Source: Vicugna vicugna | Taxonomy: Eukaryota | Length of the DNA: 64,000 bases | Assembly (NCBI GenBank): GCA_013265495.1 | Contig: MU062962.1 | Coordinates: 2,291,223 to 2,355,222 of the forward strand | Direction of reading: 5' to 3' | Shown: positions 63,235 through 64,000 of the stretch, piece after piece | Numbering within the stretch: the first letter of the stretch is position 1 | How the letters are laid out: each line of letters starts with the position of its first letter | Position numbers and translations under genes: made by a program | The notes under the pieces: generated by a model | Told to the model about the DNA's origin: nothing | Database searches by the model: none | Seen by the model: only the letters and a program-made list of their open reading frames with translations

Positions 63235-64000
63235 GAGTCTTGAGAATGAATGCCACACACAGTCCCTCTCTTCACAAAGATCAAATCTAACGGAGGACAC
63301 TAGGTCCTTGCCCTCAGAGAGCCCCAGTCAGAGCCTGCTGTTATCTCTAGCCCTCCCACCACCCATGCAAGACCAGGGAGGAGGAAATGATAGGCCCAGG
63401 GGCACGCCTGTTTCTGGGATGGAGACTAAGCACTGCCACCAACAGACTCCCAGGGGGCATTCCCACAGCCCTGCCATCAGGGTCAGGGCTGCCCTCCCTC
63501 CCTTCGTCCCCACCATGATGCCTGACCCCTTGGAATCATTCCTGAGCCCTGAGCCTGTTTTAAACACAGAAATGTTGGCCCCTGGGTCACATCCTGCTTT
63601 CCCTCTCTCTGTTCTTGTTCTTTTTTCCACTCTGTCCCCACCCACCCCCATTTCCCAAGCTAACCCCTGGGAGACCAGACCCCACAGCCCACTGGTGATC
63701 TTGTTTTACATGAGACATTTCCAAAAAAGACCAAAAAGTCCTTTCCAGGAAAATGCCATTTTAAAAATTCAGCTCCAGACATTGCGGCAACATTAGGAAA
63801 ACAAAGGACTTGGCAGAAACGATTTCTGAATCAGAACTTTCTCAAATACCTTTTCCAAATTGCCTCCAGTGGGAATGACTCCACATATCAGCTCTGGAGC
63901 ACCCAGGCAATTTCAGACAGACGGTGACTTCTTTGGGGTTTTTACATCTTCCCAAACCTTTCTCAGCTGGGATCACCCTGGGATCTTCCCCCAGGCTCAA

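Noticed and set aside
63155-63796. Longest ORF in the track (213 aa)
   Set aside because: Begins inside the MLT1A LTR from an alternative start codon; Pro/Ser-rich with no recognisable homology.
1-64000. CRISPR arrays, prokaryotic operons, intact ERV or L1 coding regions, endogenous viral elements, processed pseudogenes
   Set aside because: None seen: no regularly spaced repeats, no gag/pol/env, no intact ORF1/ORF2, and no ORF I could match to a viral or cellular protein. A very decayed copy could escape inspection by eye.

Overview
Mammalian genomic DNA, most likely from a camelid (Camelus/Vicugna/Lama). The call rests on a tRNA-Ala-derived camelid-type SINE, camelid/artiodactyl-type L1 3' ends, and no Alu, B1, Bov-A/BovB, PRE or Can-SINE elements. 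I found no recognisable protein-coding gene: the ORF-track entries are L1 or hAT fossils, ORFs running through N-gaps, or short GC-rich chance ORFs. The window is mostly old interspersed repeats (L1, L2, many MIRs, MLT/MER21-like LTRs, MER5/20/53/58). Main landmarks: (i) a CpG-island promoter at ~16.3-17.0 kb with CCAAT boxes, an E-box, a CTCF-like site and splice signals on both strands, probably driving a minus-strand spliced non-coding or micropeptide transcript; (ii) an AT-rich block at 30.4-37.3 kb made of fossil hAT DNA transposons, including a ~3.7 kb Zaphod-like (hAT-Tip100) copy whose transposase motifs are still readable in order; (iii) non-repeat motif clusters at ~39.6 kb and ~50.8-51.6 kb that look like enhancers; (iv) an old L1 at 57.9-62.0 kb carrying nested insertions; (v) five N-runs. 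I see no evidence of a new multi-gene system; the promoter transcript and the hAT fossils are the best leads. Repeat family names come from recalled consensus sequences, not a database search, and boundaries are approximate (tens of bp) unless a TSD or TIR is quoted.
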